Positions 14,036-26,908 of a stretch of DNA of 64,000 nt are shown one piece after another. Position 1 is the stretch's first letter. Every line of letters begins with the position of its first letter. The position numbers and the translations under genes are program-made. Source of the stretch: Octopus sinensis (lineage: Eukaryota); NCBI RefSeq assembly GCF_006345805.1, contig NC_043011.1:21216464-21280463 (forward strand), given 5' to 3'. Below the pieces are notes generated by a model that did not search any database, had not been told where the DNA came from, and saw only the letters and a program-made list of their open reading frames with translations.

Positions 14036-14779
14036 TACAGGGTGGGATGGGTAAATTGTCGCATTTTATATTTTTCATTTCGGCCATTGTTTGTTTTTGA
14101 CTTTGTCGACTATACAGTATAGTAGGGCCAGTTGGGCACTGTCTTTGAGAAAAACAGCACCATGACGCAAGTTACTCTCCCAGAAATTTGGAAACGACAT
14201 GCTGTACTGCTTGGCATTCGCGCCGGAAGCTCCAATACAAACATTTTAGAGAGTTTGGGTGTCAATCTGAGAACAGTGCAATCTGAGGACATGTACCGAG
14301 AGTGATAAAAATCAAACGTCATGCCAACATAATGGTGTTTGGAGTGATCACTAGTGATGGCGACGTTATGCCTTCATTCATCTTCCCACATGGCCTCACA
14401 CTCAACACAGAAGCCTACATCAAGTGACTGGAGGCGGTAATGCTGCCCTGGGTCAAAGGGGTGGCTACTGAAATAGGACTCTGGACCATGCCACAGAAGC
14501 AGGAGAACTCAGTCATGGCTATCAGGACAATCTCTGCGACCACATCACCCCTAACATCTGGCCACCTAACTCCCCAGACTGCAACCCCCTTCATTATTAT
14601 GTATTAAAGTTTTCTGGAGGCCGTGGTTGAAGCCAATGGCGATTTTATTGAATAAATTTACTCTTTATTATTTCAAGATATTTTTATGTAATTTTAGTCA
14701 ATATATCTGTTAAAATGCGATGTGTGTTATTTATTCTTTTGCGTTAATTTATAACGACAGTTAATCACCGCACCCTGTT
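14036..14779 (+). mobile_element. Internally deleted Tc1/mariner (maT/DD37D-like) transposon
   Basis: TIRs CAGGGTGGGATGGGTAAATTGTC / GACAGTTAATCACCGCACCCTG with TA; degenerate peptides IMVFGVITSDGDVMPSFIFPHGL and WPPNSPDCNPL. Confidence 0.8.
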
Positions 14780-14808
14780 ATTATATATATATTATATATA
14801 TATATATA

Positions 14809-16367
14809 CAAAGAGCAATAAAGATTCAAGTTAATTTAAAAAATTTACTTGAATATGGTACCTAACTTAGATGCACCAAAAAAAAAAACTATACTGATTT
14901 AACAATACAGTAATGTGGGGTGATTATAAGCGAGAAAGAAGCAACAAGAATGGATAGGTTTTTAGTACGATCGTTTCATACAAGGACAGGTTTTATTAAA
15001 AGTTGCAAAGATTACAGCATATAAACGAGTCCCGTACTCATCAGCTAAAATACATGTAAGTTCTCTAGACATCCTAGTGTTTGAGGCTATACTCATGAAG
15101 TAATGTAGATAATTAACATAAACAGATTTCTAAAGTTCATTAAAGTTCTTTAAAGATGATGTACAGTCTTATCACAGAATTTTAAAAAAGTTTTGATAGC
15201 ATCACAGAGAAGGTGACCTAATCCATATGAATTTCCATAGATATGATGAGGGATTATATACTCACAGAAGACAAATTTATCCATTGTTAATTACAACGAG
15301 GTGGGTCTCAATTCCTGCTTATTAGCATTACAGAGAGGGTGAATTAATCCTTTGTATATATGCACAGATTCCAATGGTGTAGATGTAAATTTCCAGAGAA
15401 ATGGAGATGAATTTCATATTCACAGGCGATAAATTTTACAATGGTTGAACACAATGAGGTAGGTATCAATCCTTGTTATATGATTAGGTATTTGCCACAT
15501 TAATCACATTACTGCTATTCACAAGAGGCTGTAGCTATTTAACTCTTAAAGGCTGAAGGGCTTTCTAGATCGGCCAAGAATAGAGAAGGGAATAGAAGAA
15601 AAGAGAGAAAATAATGGAGGAGGGAGCAAAAAGGGGGGGGGAAAGGGGGACTAAAAGAGAAGAGAAAAGGAAACAGAGAATAAGAAGAAGAAAAAGAAAA
15701 AAGAGAAAAGAGAAAGAAATAGGGAAAGAAGGGAAAAAAAAGAAAAAGAAAAAAAGAGGGTTCTAGTTATACAGAAGAGTTAGTAGACTGTAAGTCTGGT
15801 TTTAATCAACAGGCATCTAGGAACTAGAGGAGAATATTATTCTTTGACCAGTAAACCGTTAATTTATTGCTGTTGAAATCAGCTATGAGTTTAAAGAGAA
15901 TCTAAAGAGATAACACAGTCAGGGGTTAAGGGGTCAGATGCTAAAATCACCAGAAAATACATTAGGAAAATCTAAGTATAATCTTATCAAAAAGTCATTA
16001 AAAATTTACTTATTTAATTTATTCATTTTATTGTCTTAAGGAGTTGTCGTTATTATTCATACATTGACTGACTACAGGTCAAATCTTATAAGATCATTTA
16101 CAAGGTGTTAGGGGATTGTCTATCATAATGAAGATAATCATATTATCACCGAGGGAATAGCCTTATTTATTTAATTTTGAAATAGAATTATGGGGCTACA
16201 GTAACTAATTATAATTTATTAGAGTTATGCTATTTAAATTAGATTAAGTTAGGAATTAAAATTAAATATTACAATTAAGATTTAAAATTAAGAATTTAAA
16301 AATTGTGAGTTTGAAATTAAATAAAGCCTCAATTAAGTAGCGAATAAGTACTATTCATTTCCCTGTT
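14809..16367 (-). repeat. E1 3' pseudo-LTR
   Basis: Near-identical to 19383-20928; differences are mostly 1-nt indels. Confidence 0.92.
14960..15050 (-). ncRNA. Type I hammerhead ribozyme (E1 3' pLTR)
   Basis: TTTTAG-CTGATGA-GTACGGGAC..GTCCTTGTAT-GAAA-CGATCGTA-CTAAAA on the minus strand. Confidence 0.85.
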
Positions 16368-16496
16368 CTCAAAAAACTGATGCAGATATAAGGAAAAAGA
16401 TAACTGTAATGTGAGAACTCTTAGTTATCTACTTAAAGCAGTGCTATACTAGTAGAAATCAAGTTATATCTATCTATCTAGTTATGAATATTCCAA

Positions 16497-19328
16497 TCAT
16501 TTAAAATATTTTAAAGTCTTCAATTTAGCGTGGACACAAACTTGACCTAGTTCGATATGGTTATTCAATAAGTTTCTATGTTTACTATGCTTTAGAATTT
16601 CGTACGTCTCCATGGAGCATAGTTGACAACCAACCCTACTATTTTTATACGGAATTGCTCTCCTAACTATTTCCCAATTAAGGTATAATTTTTATTATTA
16701 TTTTTGAGTTCCCAGATTTTGTTTGAAAGTGTGGTGGTACCAGCTTTATGACGTAATTTAAAAGTCGAGATGTGATTTCTAACTCTGGCTAAAAAATTAA
16801 TTGTACAGCCAATGTAAAAATATTTGTTATTCTCCGTGGATATGGTACATTTATAGATTACATTATTTTCCCTACATAGACCAGGTGCCGGGCATTTTGA
16901 TTTTATTCTACACTTACACACAGGAGGAACAACTTCAGGCCTTGGATTATTCCTGGGTAGATGTTTTAGGTTCCTATTATTTTGATTATCATTTCTATAG
17001 TTGGTGCTGATATCTAAAGTATTGTTATTATTTATTGATCCTTCTTTCATCATTTAGGTGTAAAGTCCTACCAAGATTTCTTATATTATTCGTAATGTTA
17101 TATTATTGTTAGTCTTTTTATCCAACTGCATATTATTGTTATAGATATCACTGATATTTTCATTCTCCTTATTTTCTCCATTAGCCTTATTTCTATTATT
17201 TCTATTATTAACAATATTACTTCTTAATATCGGCATTGTTATTATTACTATTAATGTTAATGTTATTAGTCATTCTGTGGTTACTAATTTCACCTATGTT
17301 TTGATAGTTCCTATTGCTGTTTTTATTGTTGGTAGTATATTGTTATTGCTATTGGTATTCATTCTGATATTATTATTTTTTATTTCTATCTTTCCTGGCT
17401 AGTTTAATGTTGTTATTATTAATTTTAGCTATTAAAGTGGACATATTTGGGAGGGTTGAATAAGAAATCCTAACTGTTTTCCTAGAAATAATTCTATGAT
17501 ATCTATGAGAGATAGGGAAATTTTTTTCCAGAATCACTTTGAATTTGTTCTGTATATCCGATTGTATCGCACAGTTGAAAGGAATATTCAGCCATAATAT
17601 CTTTTTTATAAAATTTAGGGTTCGTAGAATTACTACTATTCATCTCACCGGAGTTATTGTATTTATTACCATTATTTTTATTTTTATTTGTGTGCATCTT
17701 AGGTTTATCTACTTCAATCTTATCCGAGTTACCTATGTTCTGGTCAATGCTTCTATTTGAATTGTTGGGCCTGTACTCTAGATTAGCGTTTACCGTTAAT
17801 TTAATTCTACTTTTATTTCGGGCTTGGTCTTTTTTGCTGCTTACGTGATTACTGATAACTTCATTATTAGGAATACGTGAGTTCCCCTTATCAACGAATG
17901 TAATCTTTTGGTTGTATCCAGCCTTAGTTAACGCCGCATTATAATGCTCAGAATGGGAGTTAAATATATCCTTATTGGATGATAATTTTGAAATTCTTAA
18001 TGAAATATTTCTTACTAAAGATTCTATTATATTTGGGGGATGATTGATAATTTATTTACGTAATTCGTGACTTCGCCTTCCTTTCTAAATGGGTAATGTA
18101 GCTTGGAGTTAAGGTCTAGGGTAATATCTAGGAAATTAGCTATTTTAGTGCCCGGTTCATACGTTATACTGAGGTTGAAATCCTTAAAGAACTTATTAAT
18201 TTTCTTTCTAATCCTTTCTATAACAGATTTATTATTACTAGGGATAACAAACAGAGCATCATCCCTATATAGACCCCCCTGTATTTCTGGGATATCCTTG
18301 CTTATGCATTTTAATAGATATGCGCCTACTAGGTTGGTTACCTCAGCCGAATCACTGGAACCCATTGGTATATCAAAAAATTTGGTGTATCTGCTCTAGT
18401 CCATAATTTATCTTCAAATTCAATAAATGTCTTCCTAGCTAGTAGCACAATATTGATTTCTTCTCTAGTTATGAGGGAGCGATTCATGGCAAATATTAGT
18501 GATTTGTTGAGTAAGATAGGGGAAATGCTAGAGTAATAACTATTAATATCGAACTGAATAAAGGACAGACTACTAGTATTAGTTAGAGAGTTAAACCATT
18601 TTAGAACTTCGTCGGTACTTAGCCATAGGTTTAAGGGGAGAAGAGGGGTTATTTGGGGTAGAACAGTATCCAGGATAGATTTACTAAGTCGGCCAATGTC
18701 CGACTTAGTTGGACAGATCAGCCTTACCGAAGGGTTATCCAAGAAGTCCTTTTTGTGGTCTTTAAGGTTGATCCTGGGCTCACAGGGTTTAAGTGGCTCC
18801 GTTCTATCTGTTAAATTAGTTTCTCCATGATCTCTTTCATTTCCATGTTTACTTTTTTCAAATTGTTCTTAGTTGTAATTTTATATTTGGAGTTTAGTTC
18901 TTTCCTAATTAATTTGCTATAAATATCGTAATCAACTCTATACATATTACCCGTTTATCTGCTGGTACTAGGATTCCATGTTTGCACCGGGTTGACTGAA
19001 TAAAGTTCCTAAGGTGTCTAAGGTGAGGGTTATATCTTAACGGGTGTTCATTGAAGCTAATATCATCTATAAGATTCAGCAAGTCTTTCTCAAAGTTCTC
19101 CAGGAATGGGTTCTGAGGTGGGCTTTTTCTACTTTTAAAAATTCTTCTAAAATTCTTTTCGGTATTCATTTCCTGAGGTTTCTTCTTCTGTTTGACATCA
19201 AAATGGTACGTTTTCCACCTGATTCTTCTAATGAAATCGTTAATCCTATGAATGAGAAGCCAATTATATTCATCTATACTATGTAAGGGGATGTCTTTAG
19301 GGGAGAACTCAATGTTTACTTTTTCCAT
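16497..19328 (-). pseudogene. PLE reverse transcriptase-GIY-YIG endonuclease ORF, frameshifted as assembled (~940 aa)
   Basis: Fragments MEKVNIEFSPKDIPL..RRIRWKTYHF, NPSVRLICPTKSDIGRLSK, FIQFDINSYYSSI, PMGSSDSAEVTNLVG, GLYRDD, FLDITLDL, N-rich linker, CKCRIKSKC, VIYKC..YIGCT..NH, LCVHAKLKTLKYFK*. Confidence 0.92.
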
Positions 19329-19382
19329 TCTTGTTGAGAAATTAAGTACCAGAAAAACATACAGACTGTATGGGAATATATT

Positions 19383-20928
19383 CAAAGAGCAATAAAGATT
19401 CAAGTTAATTTAAATGAATTTACTTGAATATGGTACCTAACTTAGATGCACCAAAAAAAAACTATACTGATTTAACAATACAGTAATGTGGGGTGATTAT
19501 AAGCGAGAAAGAAGCAACAAGAATGGATAGGTTTTTAGTACGATCGTTTCATACAAGGACAGGTTTTATTAAAAGTTGCAAAGATTACAGCATATAAACG
19601 AGTCCCGTACTCATCAGCTAAAATACATGTGAGTTCTCTAGACATCCTAGTGTTTGAGGCTATACTCATGAAGTAATGTAACATAAACAGATTTCTAAAG
19701 TTCATTAAAGTTCTTTAAAGATGATGTACAGTCTTATCACAGAATTTAAAAAAAGTTTTGATAGCATCACAGAGAAGGTGACCTAATCCATATGGAATTT
19801 CCATAGATATGATGAGGGATTATATACTCACAGAAGACAAATTTATCCATTGTTAATTACAACGAGGTGGGTCTCAATTCCTGCTTATTAGCATTACAGA
19901 GAGGGTGAATTAATCCTTTGTATAGATGCACAAATTCCAATGGTGTAGATGTAAATTCCAGAGAAATGGAGATGAATTTCATATTCACAGGCGATAAATT
20001 TTCAATGGTTGAACACAATGAGGTAGGTATCAATCCTTGTTATATGATTAGGTATTTGCCACATTAATCACATTACTGCTATTCACAAGAGGCTGTAGCT
20101 ATTTAACTCTTAAAGGCTGAAGGGCTTTCTAGAGCGGCCAAGAATAGAGAGAGAAGGGAATAGAGAAAAGAGAGAAAATAATGGAGGAGGGAGCAAAAAG
20201 GGGGGGGGAAAGGGGGACTAAAAGAGAAGAGAAAAGGAAAAGAGAATAAGAAGAAGAAAAAGAAAAAAAAAAAAAGAGAAAAGAGAAGAAATAGGGAAAG
20301 AAGGAAAAAAAGAAAAAGAAAAAAAGAGGGTTCTAGTTATACAGAAGAGTTAGTAGACTGCAAGTCTGGTTTTAATCAACAGGCATCTAGGAACTAGAGG
20401 AGAATATTATTCTTTGACCAGTAAACCGTTAATTTATTGCTGTTGAAATCAGCTATGAGTTAAAGAGAATCTAAAGAGATAACACAGTCAGGGGTTAAGG
20501 GGTCAGATGCTAAAATCACCAGAAAATACATTAGGAAAATCTAAGTATAATCTTATCAAAAAGTCATTAAAAATTTACTTATTTAATTTATTCATTTTAT
20601 TGTCTTAGGAGTTGTCGTTATTATTCATACATTGACTGACTACAGGTCAAATCTTATAAGATCATTTACAAGGTGTTAGGGGATTGTCTATCATAATGAA
20701 GATAATCATATTATCACCGAGGGAATAGCCTTATTTATTTAATTTTGAAATAGAATTATGGGGCTACAGTAACTCATTATAATTTATTAGAGTTATGCTA
20801 CTTAATTAGATTAAGTAGGAATTAAAATTAAATATTACAAATAAGATTTAAAATTAGAATTTAAAAATTGTGAGTTGAAATTAAATAAAGCCTCAATAAG
20901 TAGCGATAGTACTATTCATTTCCCTGTT
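19383..20928 (-). repeat. E1 5' pseudo-LTR
   Basis: Direct repeat of 14809-16367; ends at a GTT microhomology with the inverted segment. Confidence 0.92.
19533..19623 (-). ncRNA. Type I hammerhead ribozyme (E1 5' pLTR)
   Basis: Same motif as 14960-15050. Confidence 0.85.
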
Positions 20929-21171
20929 GTAATTACAATGGATAAATTTGTCTTCTGTGAGTATATAATCCCTCATCATATCTATGGAAATTCATATGGA
21001 TTAGGTCACCTTCTCTGTGGTGCTATCAAAACTTTTTTAAAATTCTGTGATAAGACTGTACATCATCTTTAAAGAACTTTAATGAACTTTAGAAATCTGT
21101 TTATGTTAATTATCTACATTACTTCCTGAGTATAGCCTCAAACACTAGGATGTCTAGAGATCTCACATGTA

Positions 21172-21261
21172 TTTTAGCTGATGAGTACGGGACTCGTTTA
21201 TATGCTGTAATTTTGCAACTTTTAATAAAACCTGTCCTTGTATGAAACGATCGTACTAAAA
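21172..21261 (+). ncRNA. Type I hammerhead ribozyme (E1 inverted segment)
   Basis: TTTTAG 21172-77, CTGATGA 21178-84, long stem II, GAAA 21244-47, stem III ACGATCGT, GUA 21253-55, CTAAAA 21256-61. Confidence 0.85.
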
Positions 21262-22824
21262 ACTATCCATTCTTGTTGCTCTTTCTCGCGTATATATTAT
21301 ATATATATATATAATATATATATATATATATAATCACACACATATACACATATACATACATACGTACACACACACATACTCAGATACACACACACACACA
21401 TGCACACACAAGTACATACATATAAACAAGTGCAAACTTTTCAGCAGTGAAGCTTTTATAATTAGTCGTTTATTACTCGAAATCTTTGGAACCTTGTAGC
21501 AACTCTACACATAGAAAATCTTCAATAAAACCACGTATCCCCATATGAATGTAATCTTAAGATCATTATTAATTTCTTGTTTTTTTTTTGTCATTCTGAA
21601 TATTTCCTTTCATCTTTGCAACTATTTCACCTGTGAATATTGTCGACTGTAACTTTGAACATAGATCACCGTTGATTTTCTGTAATTCTATTTATTAATA
21701 AACGACACCTTTATGCCCGCGATATTTATCAAAGGCAGGTATAAGTTGCATTTTGCGATTTTTCTCAGAAAATTAGATGCACAACAAATACTCCACTTCT
21801 CTCTTTGTTTTTATCATGACATAAACATCATGTTGTGTTTGGTTACATCTTTGTCAACTCAGGAATAAAATTTAGAGAAATGGATTTGTTTCTGTCTTAC
21901 ACCAATACTTCTGCAGAACGCACCCAGTTACTGACATGTGTATTACTTCTAAGTCTGTGCTGAAAGTAATTTCCAGCCTCGCCACCGATACATCTTCTAG
22001 TCCTGAAAATATTCCTGTTGTTCTCTTACAAAAAATATTTTTCTGAATTTTCTGTTCCCCCAAAAATATTTAACAAATGCTTGACTGTTTTTTTTTTCAA
22101 CCAGCGGAAAGCTGTTACACCTATTTAAAGAAAAAAAGTTAAACATTCTGTTTCTAATAACTACCACTCAATCGACACTCTTCCTATAGTTAGCAAGAGC
22201 TTTGAGACTTTTATCTATCAACCTTTTGTCTTGCATCGTGAATCACTGTTTGTTTATTATCATTAATTTTTTAATCATACGGTTACTGCACTTCGATGAT
22301 ATAGTTGATCTCCGGATTGTGGTAAGCGAACGACTCTAGCGTGATTTAAATTAGTGTTTAAGGCAACTATTATTGCCTTCCACATATCGAATGCATTTTA
22401 TAGGCTTTAGCTCGCTGCTCTTTTCCATGAGTTTAAGCCATGTAGGATTTCTGTAATATAGTCCTTGGAGTTTTTCCATCTTTTCTCGTTGTACGTAATG
22501 CAACATTAAAATTCTCTTAAATAACAGTCGTTCTTATATATACTTTATTTGCTCTGAGGTTCCTGAAGGTTTTATTTTTGGTCAGATCTTGCTCTTAGTT
22601 TTCATTAAAGATCTTTCGGATTATATATCTAATTTTGGTCTTTTTGCTGATGCACATTCAAAGGTCCAGCTTCGTTAGAAGATTATATTAGAGGTACACG
22701 TGTCACTGGAATAACCAGCTACTTGTACACTAATTCAAGAATTTCATTCAACTGATCGAATAACTGAAATATCATGACTAAAATCATCGGAGACCCATTT
22801 TCTGTTTTATATATATATATATAT

Positions 22825-22927
<103 letters not shown>

Positions 22928-22955
22928 AGAAAAAAGCAACAAGAATGGATTAGTT

Positions 22956-23046
22956 TTTCAGTACAATTGTTTCATACGAAGAACAGATTTATTAAAAGCT
23001 GCAAATATTGCAGCAAATACAAGTGTCCCGTACTCATCAGCCAAAA
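22956..23046 (-). ncRNA. Type I hammerhead ribozyme (E2 inverted segment)
   Basis: TTTTGG-CTGATGA-GTACGGGAC..GTTCTTCGTAT-GAAA-CAATTGTA-CTGAAA on the minus strand. Confidence 0.8.
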
Positions 23047-23050
23047 CACA

Positions 23051-24890
23051 ATGAGTTCCAGTGGTTCGGCTGAGGTGACTAATTTGGTAGGTGCGTATCT
23101 ATTAAAGTGCATAAAAAAGGAGATCCCAGAATTACAAGGTGGTCTATACAGGGATGATGCTCTGTTTGTTATCCCTAGTAATAATAAATCTAGCATTGAA
23201 AGGATTAGAAATAAAATTAATAGATTCTTTAAAGATTTCAACCTTAGCATAACTTATGAACCTGGCACTAAAAGAGTCAATTTCCTAGATATTACATTAG
23301 ATCTTAACTCTAAGCTGCATTACCCATTTATAAAGGAAGGTGAAATCACGAGATACGTAAATAAATTATCCAATCATCCCCCAAATATAATTAAATCTTT
23401 GATTAGAAATATTTCCTTAAGAATCTCTAAATTATCATCCAATAATGATATATTTAACTCTCATTCTGAGCATTATAATGCGGCGTTATCTAAGGCAGGA
23501 TACAACCAAAAGATTACCTTTATTGATAAGGAGGGCTTACATATTCCTAATAAAGGAGGTAACAGTAACCACGTAAACAACAATATAGACCACGCCCGAA
23601 ATAAAAGTAGAAATAGATTTACGGTGACAACAAATCTAACGTACAAGCCTAATCATAAGAATAAAAATATAGACCAGAGCATAGGTAACTCGGATAAAAT
23701 CAATTTAGATAAATCAAAAAAGCATACAAATAATAGTAATAAATATAATGACTCTGGTGAGATTAGTAATAATTTAACTAACCCCAATTTTAATTCAAGG
23801 AAATTTAATAAGAAAGATATAATCTGGCTGAATATTCCTTTCAACTGTGCGATTCTATCGGATATACAAGGCAGATTCAAAGTAATTCTAGAAAAAAAAA
23901 TTCCCAGCCTCCCATAAATATCATAGAATAATTTCTAAAAAAGCGGTTAGGATCTCTTATTCATCCCTCCCAAATATGTCCACTATAATAGCTAAGATTA
24001 ATAATAATAACATTAAGTTAGCCAGGAATAATAAAAATAATACCAACATGAATACCAATAACAATTGTAATAATATTATCAAAAATAAAAGTAATAACCA
24101 CATTAATAGTAACTATCAAAACAAAGGTAGCATCAATAACCATGGAATAACTAATAATAATATTAATATTAATATGAGCAATGCTAATAGAGAAAATATC
24201 GGGAATGAAGACAACATTGATATCTATAACAACAATATACATTCGGATATAAATACAAGCAATAATAGTAGCAATACCAATAATGTAAGTAATTATGATA
24301 GGGCTATAGAACTAAATGTTAGTGTAAACAGATCGATAAATGATAACACTGCTTTAGATAACAACATTAACTATAATAACGATAAATATACTCATAATAA
24401 TCAGAATAGCAAGAATATGGGATATCTATCCTTAAATAATTCTACATCTGAAGATGACCCCCCTAGGTGTAATTGTAGAATTAGGTCAAAATGCCAGGCA
24501 CCTGGTCTGTGTGGGATAAATAACGTAATCTATAAATGTACCATAACTACTGAGAATAGCAAATTTTTTTATTTAGGTTGTACTATAAATTTTAAAAAAA
24601 GAGTTAGCAACCATGTCTCCTCCTTTAAGTTACGTCATAAAGCTGGTTGCACCACACTTTCAAGTAAGATCTGGGAACTCAAAAATAATAATATTAAATA
24701 TAACCTTAATTGGGAAATAGTTAGAAGAGCGATGCCTTATAGAAATAACAGGGTTGGTTGCCAACTCTGCTCCATGGAGACATATGAAATTCTAAGGCAT
24801 AGAAAAAATAGGAATTTGTTAAATAACCGTATAGAATTGGGTCTTTCTTGTATTCACGCGAAAATTAAGACTCTAAAATATTTTAAATAA
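23051..24890 (+). pseudogene. PLE RT (C-terminal half) + Asn-rich linker + GIY-YIG endonuclease, frameshifted near 23.9 kb
   Basis: [61 protein letters not shown]. Confidence 0.92.
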
Positions 24891-26010
24891 AAATCGTATA
24901 GAATAATCGTATGGAGCTAGGTCTATCTTGCTTTTACTAATAAAGCAAAACTCTAATATATTTTAAATAGATATCTGCGAGATCTTACACTGTGGTTCTT
25001 TCTTTCTAACTGTACCTGGTTTGGAACACAAAGAAGTAAATAGTATTTGTACGTTGCCAAAAATTTTTATTGACTATATAGTTAATTTAATTTAATCTAA
25101 TTTTAATCTAATTTAAGTAGCCCAACTTAAATCAAATAAGTTGCTAATACTTTTTAATTCTATTATAAGTTTAAATAAGTAATGCTACTCCCTTAATAAT
25201 AGTATAAGGAATTTTCACTATGATTTTCACTATTTTTTTGAATAAGCAATACTCTCACACCTTTTACTATAGAAATTAATTGACCTCTAGGTATAGACCT
25301 AAAGTCTGTCTTTGTATAAATAGTAACAATAATAAATAAATAAATTAAATTACCTCCTTTCTAGTATTGCACTTAAATCTCTTAATGTATTTTCCACTAT
25401 TGATAGCCTTTGACCCCTTTATTACTTTCCCTTGTTCTCTTTATATTCTTATATCTGCTTTAACTCTGTAGGATTGGCAATTAACAGCTGTATGCTGGTC
25501 AAAAGTAATGTTCTCTTTTATAAATCTCAGATTCCTGCAAATCTAACCTAGACTTTCTGTCACCACAGAAATAGACTATTCTGTGTAGGTTGTGTACTTA
25601 CACCCCTTTCCTCTCAGTTGTCCCATAATGCCCTATTTGGACGGTTTTTCTGCTCCACTAAATTCTTTTAGCCATTATAATTCCAACATAGTAGTTTTGT
25701 GAAATGAGCAGAAGTGTGATCGGCATCTTCTCATATATCAGGAAATTATACCCACTTTATTATGGATAAATTCATCGTCTCTGAGTATGAAATATCTCCT
25801 CATATCTCCGGAAATTACACCTACATTATTATGGATGGATTTACCTTTACTGTGAAGCTAACAAGCTTTTTTAAAACCTTTTATAAAACTGTGCATCATT
25901 AGAGAACTTTGGAAATCTGCTTACAATCTAAATTTGCTTTTTATAGAACTCTCTTCGATACTTCATGAGTGTAGCCTCACCCCCTAGAATGTTTGGAAAA
26001 CTCATATGTG

Positions 26011-26101
26011 TTTTGGCTGATGAGTACGGGACACTTGTATTTGCTGCAATATTTGCAGCTTTTAATAAAGCTGTTCTTCGTATGAAACAATTGTACTGAA
26101 A
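26011..26101 (+). ncRNA. Type I hammerhead ribozyme (E2 3' pLTR)
   Basis: CTGATGA 26017-23, GAAA 26084-87, palindromic stem III ACAATTGT, GUA 26093-95. Confidence 0.82.
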
Positions 26102-26908
26102 AATTAATCCATTCTTGTTGCTTTTTTCTTGTTTATAATCACCCCACATTATTTTATGGTTAATACCATATAGATTTCTGGTGGATCTAAGTTAAGTACC
26201 GCATTCATGTGAATTCATTGGAACTCACTTGAATCTTAATTGCTTTTACTTATATAAATATATATACAGTTACGAATGTATATGTATATAAATCTATAGA
26301 TTAAAATGTATGAAATCAGTATCGTTAAACGGTTAAGTGTATTTCAAAATCATGAGATTTCAGGACTGTAGATGATATTTGGTTATTCATAACTGAACGA
26401 AGTTATTTTAATTTCTTTTTGTAACTGAGAAAACAGCAAATAGGCAAGTGGAAAACCTCTTCACAAAGATAACAAAACGAAAACAAGAATTGACCAATGA
26501 AAACGGTGGATAATATAGAAAAACCGGATATAATGATGAAATGAATCATTAAATACAAAACGGACGAAGTATGCAACAAAAGTGACAGCATGATAATAAT
26601 GAAGAGGATGCCTCTCTTACAACTAATATTTGTAAGTTGTATAACGTAAAGCATATCCGCACACCGAAGAAGAATTTTGCATTAATGTGCATAAAACTGA
26701 TTTGAATTATTGATAAAAGCAGCCAGTTACCGGATAGCTCGCAGTGCGTGAAACTGGAGACACAAGCGAAAGGATTAAGCTTAAATTCATAACACATAAA
26801 ATATTTATGTATATTGATACATATACACATACATGCACAGATATATATATGTGTGTGTGTGTGTGTACGTATGTATTTAAAATTATAGGCATACACAGAC
26901 GCACATAT

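Larger units (their letters stand above)
14809..21289 (-). mobile_element. Penelope-like retroelement E1 (probably Hydra clade), near full length: 3' pLTR + ORF + 5' pLTR + inverted pLTR fragment
   Basis: ~1.55-kb direct repeats 14809-16367 and 19383-20928 flank an RT+GIY-YIG ORF; 20926-21289 is an inverted copy of ~19502-19863; (TA)n at both ends. Confidence 0.93.

Noticed and set aside
15575-15760. Polypurine tract of an LTR retrotransposon
   Set aside because: It lies inside the PLE pLTR (duplicated at ~20140-20330); no gag/pol/integrase or TG..CA LTR ends nearby
16497-19328. Selenoprotein-encoding Naiad-type PLE
   Set aside because: The endonuclease is C-terminal, not N-terminal, and the breaks are frameshifts rather than in-frame TGA at Cys positions
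22967-23917. 316-aa ORF as an intact gene
   Set aside because: The first ~28 codons come from the inverted pLTR/HHR fused in frame by chance to a truncated RT
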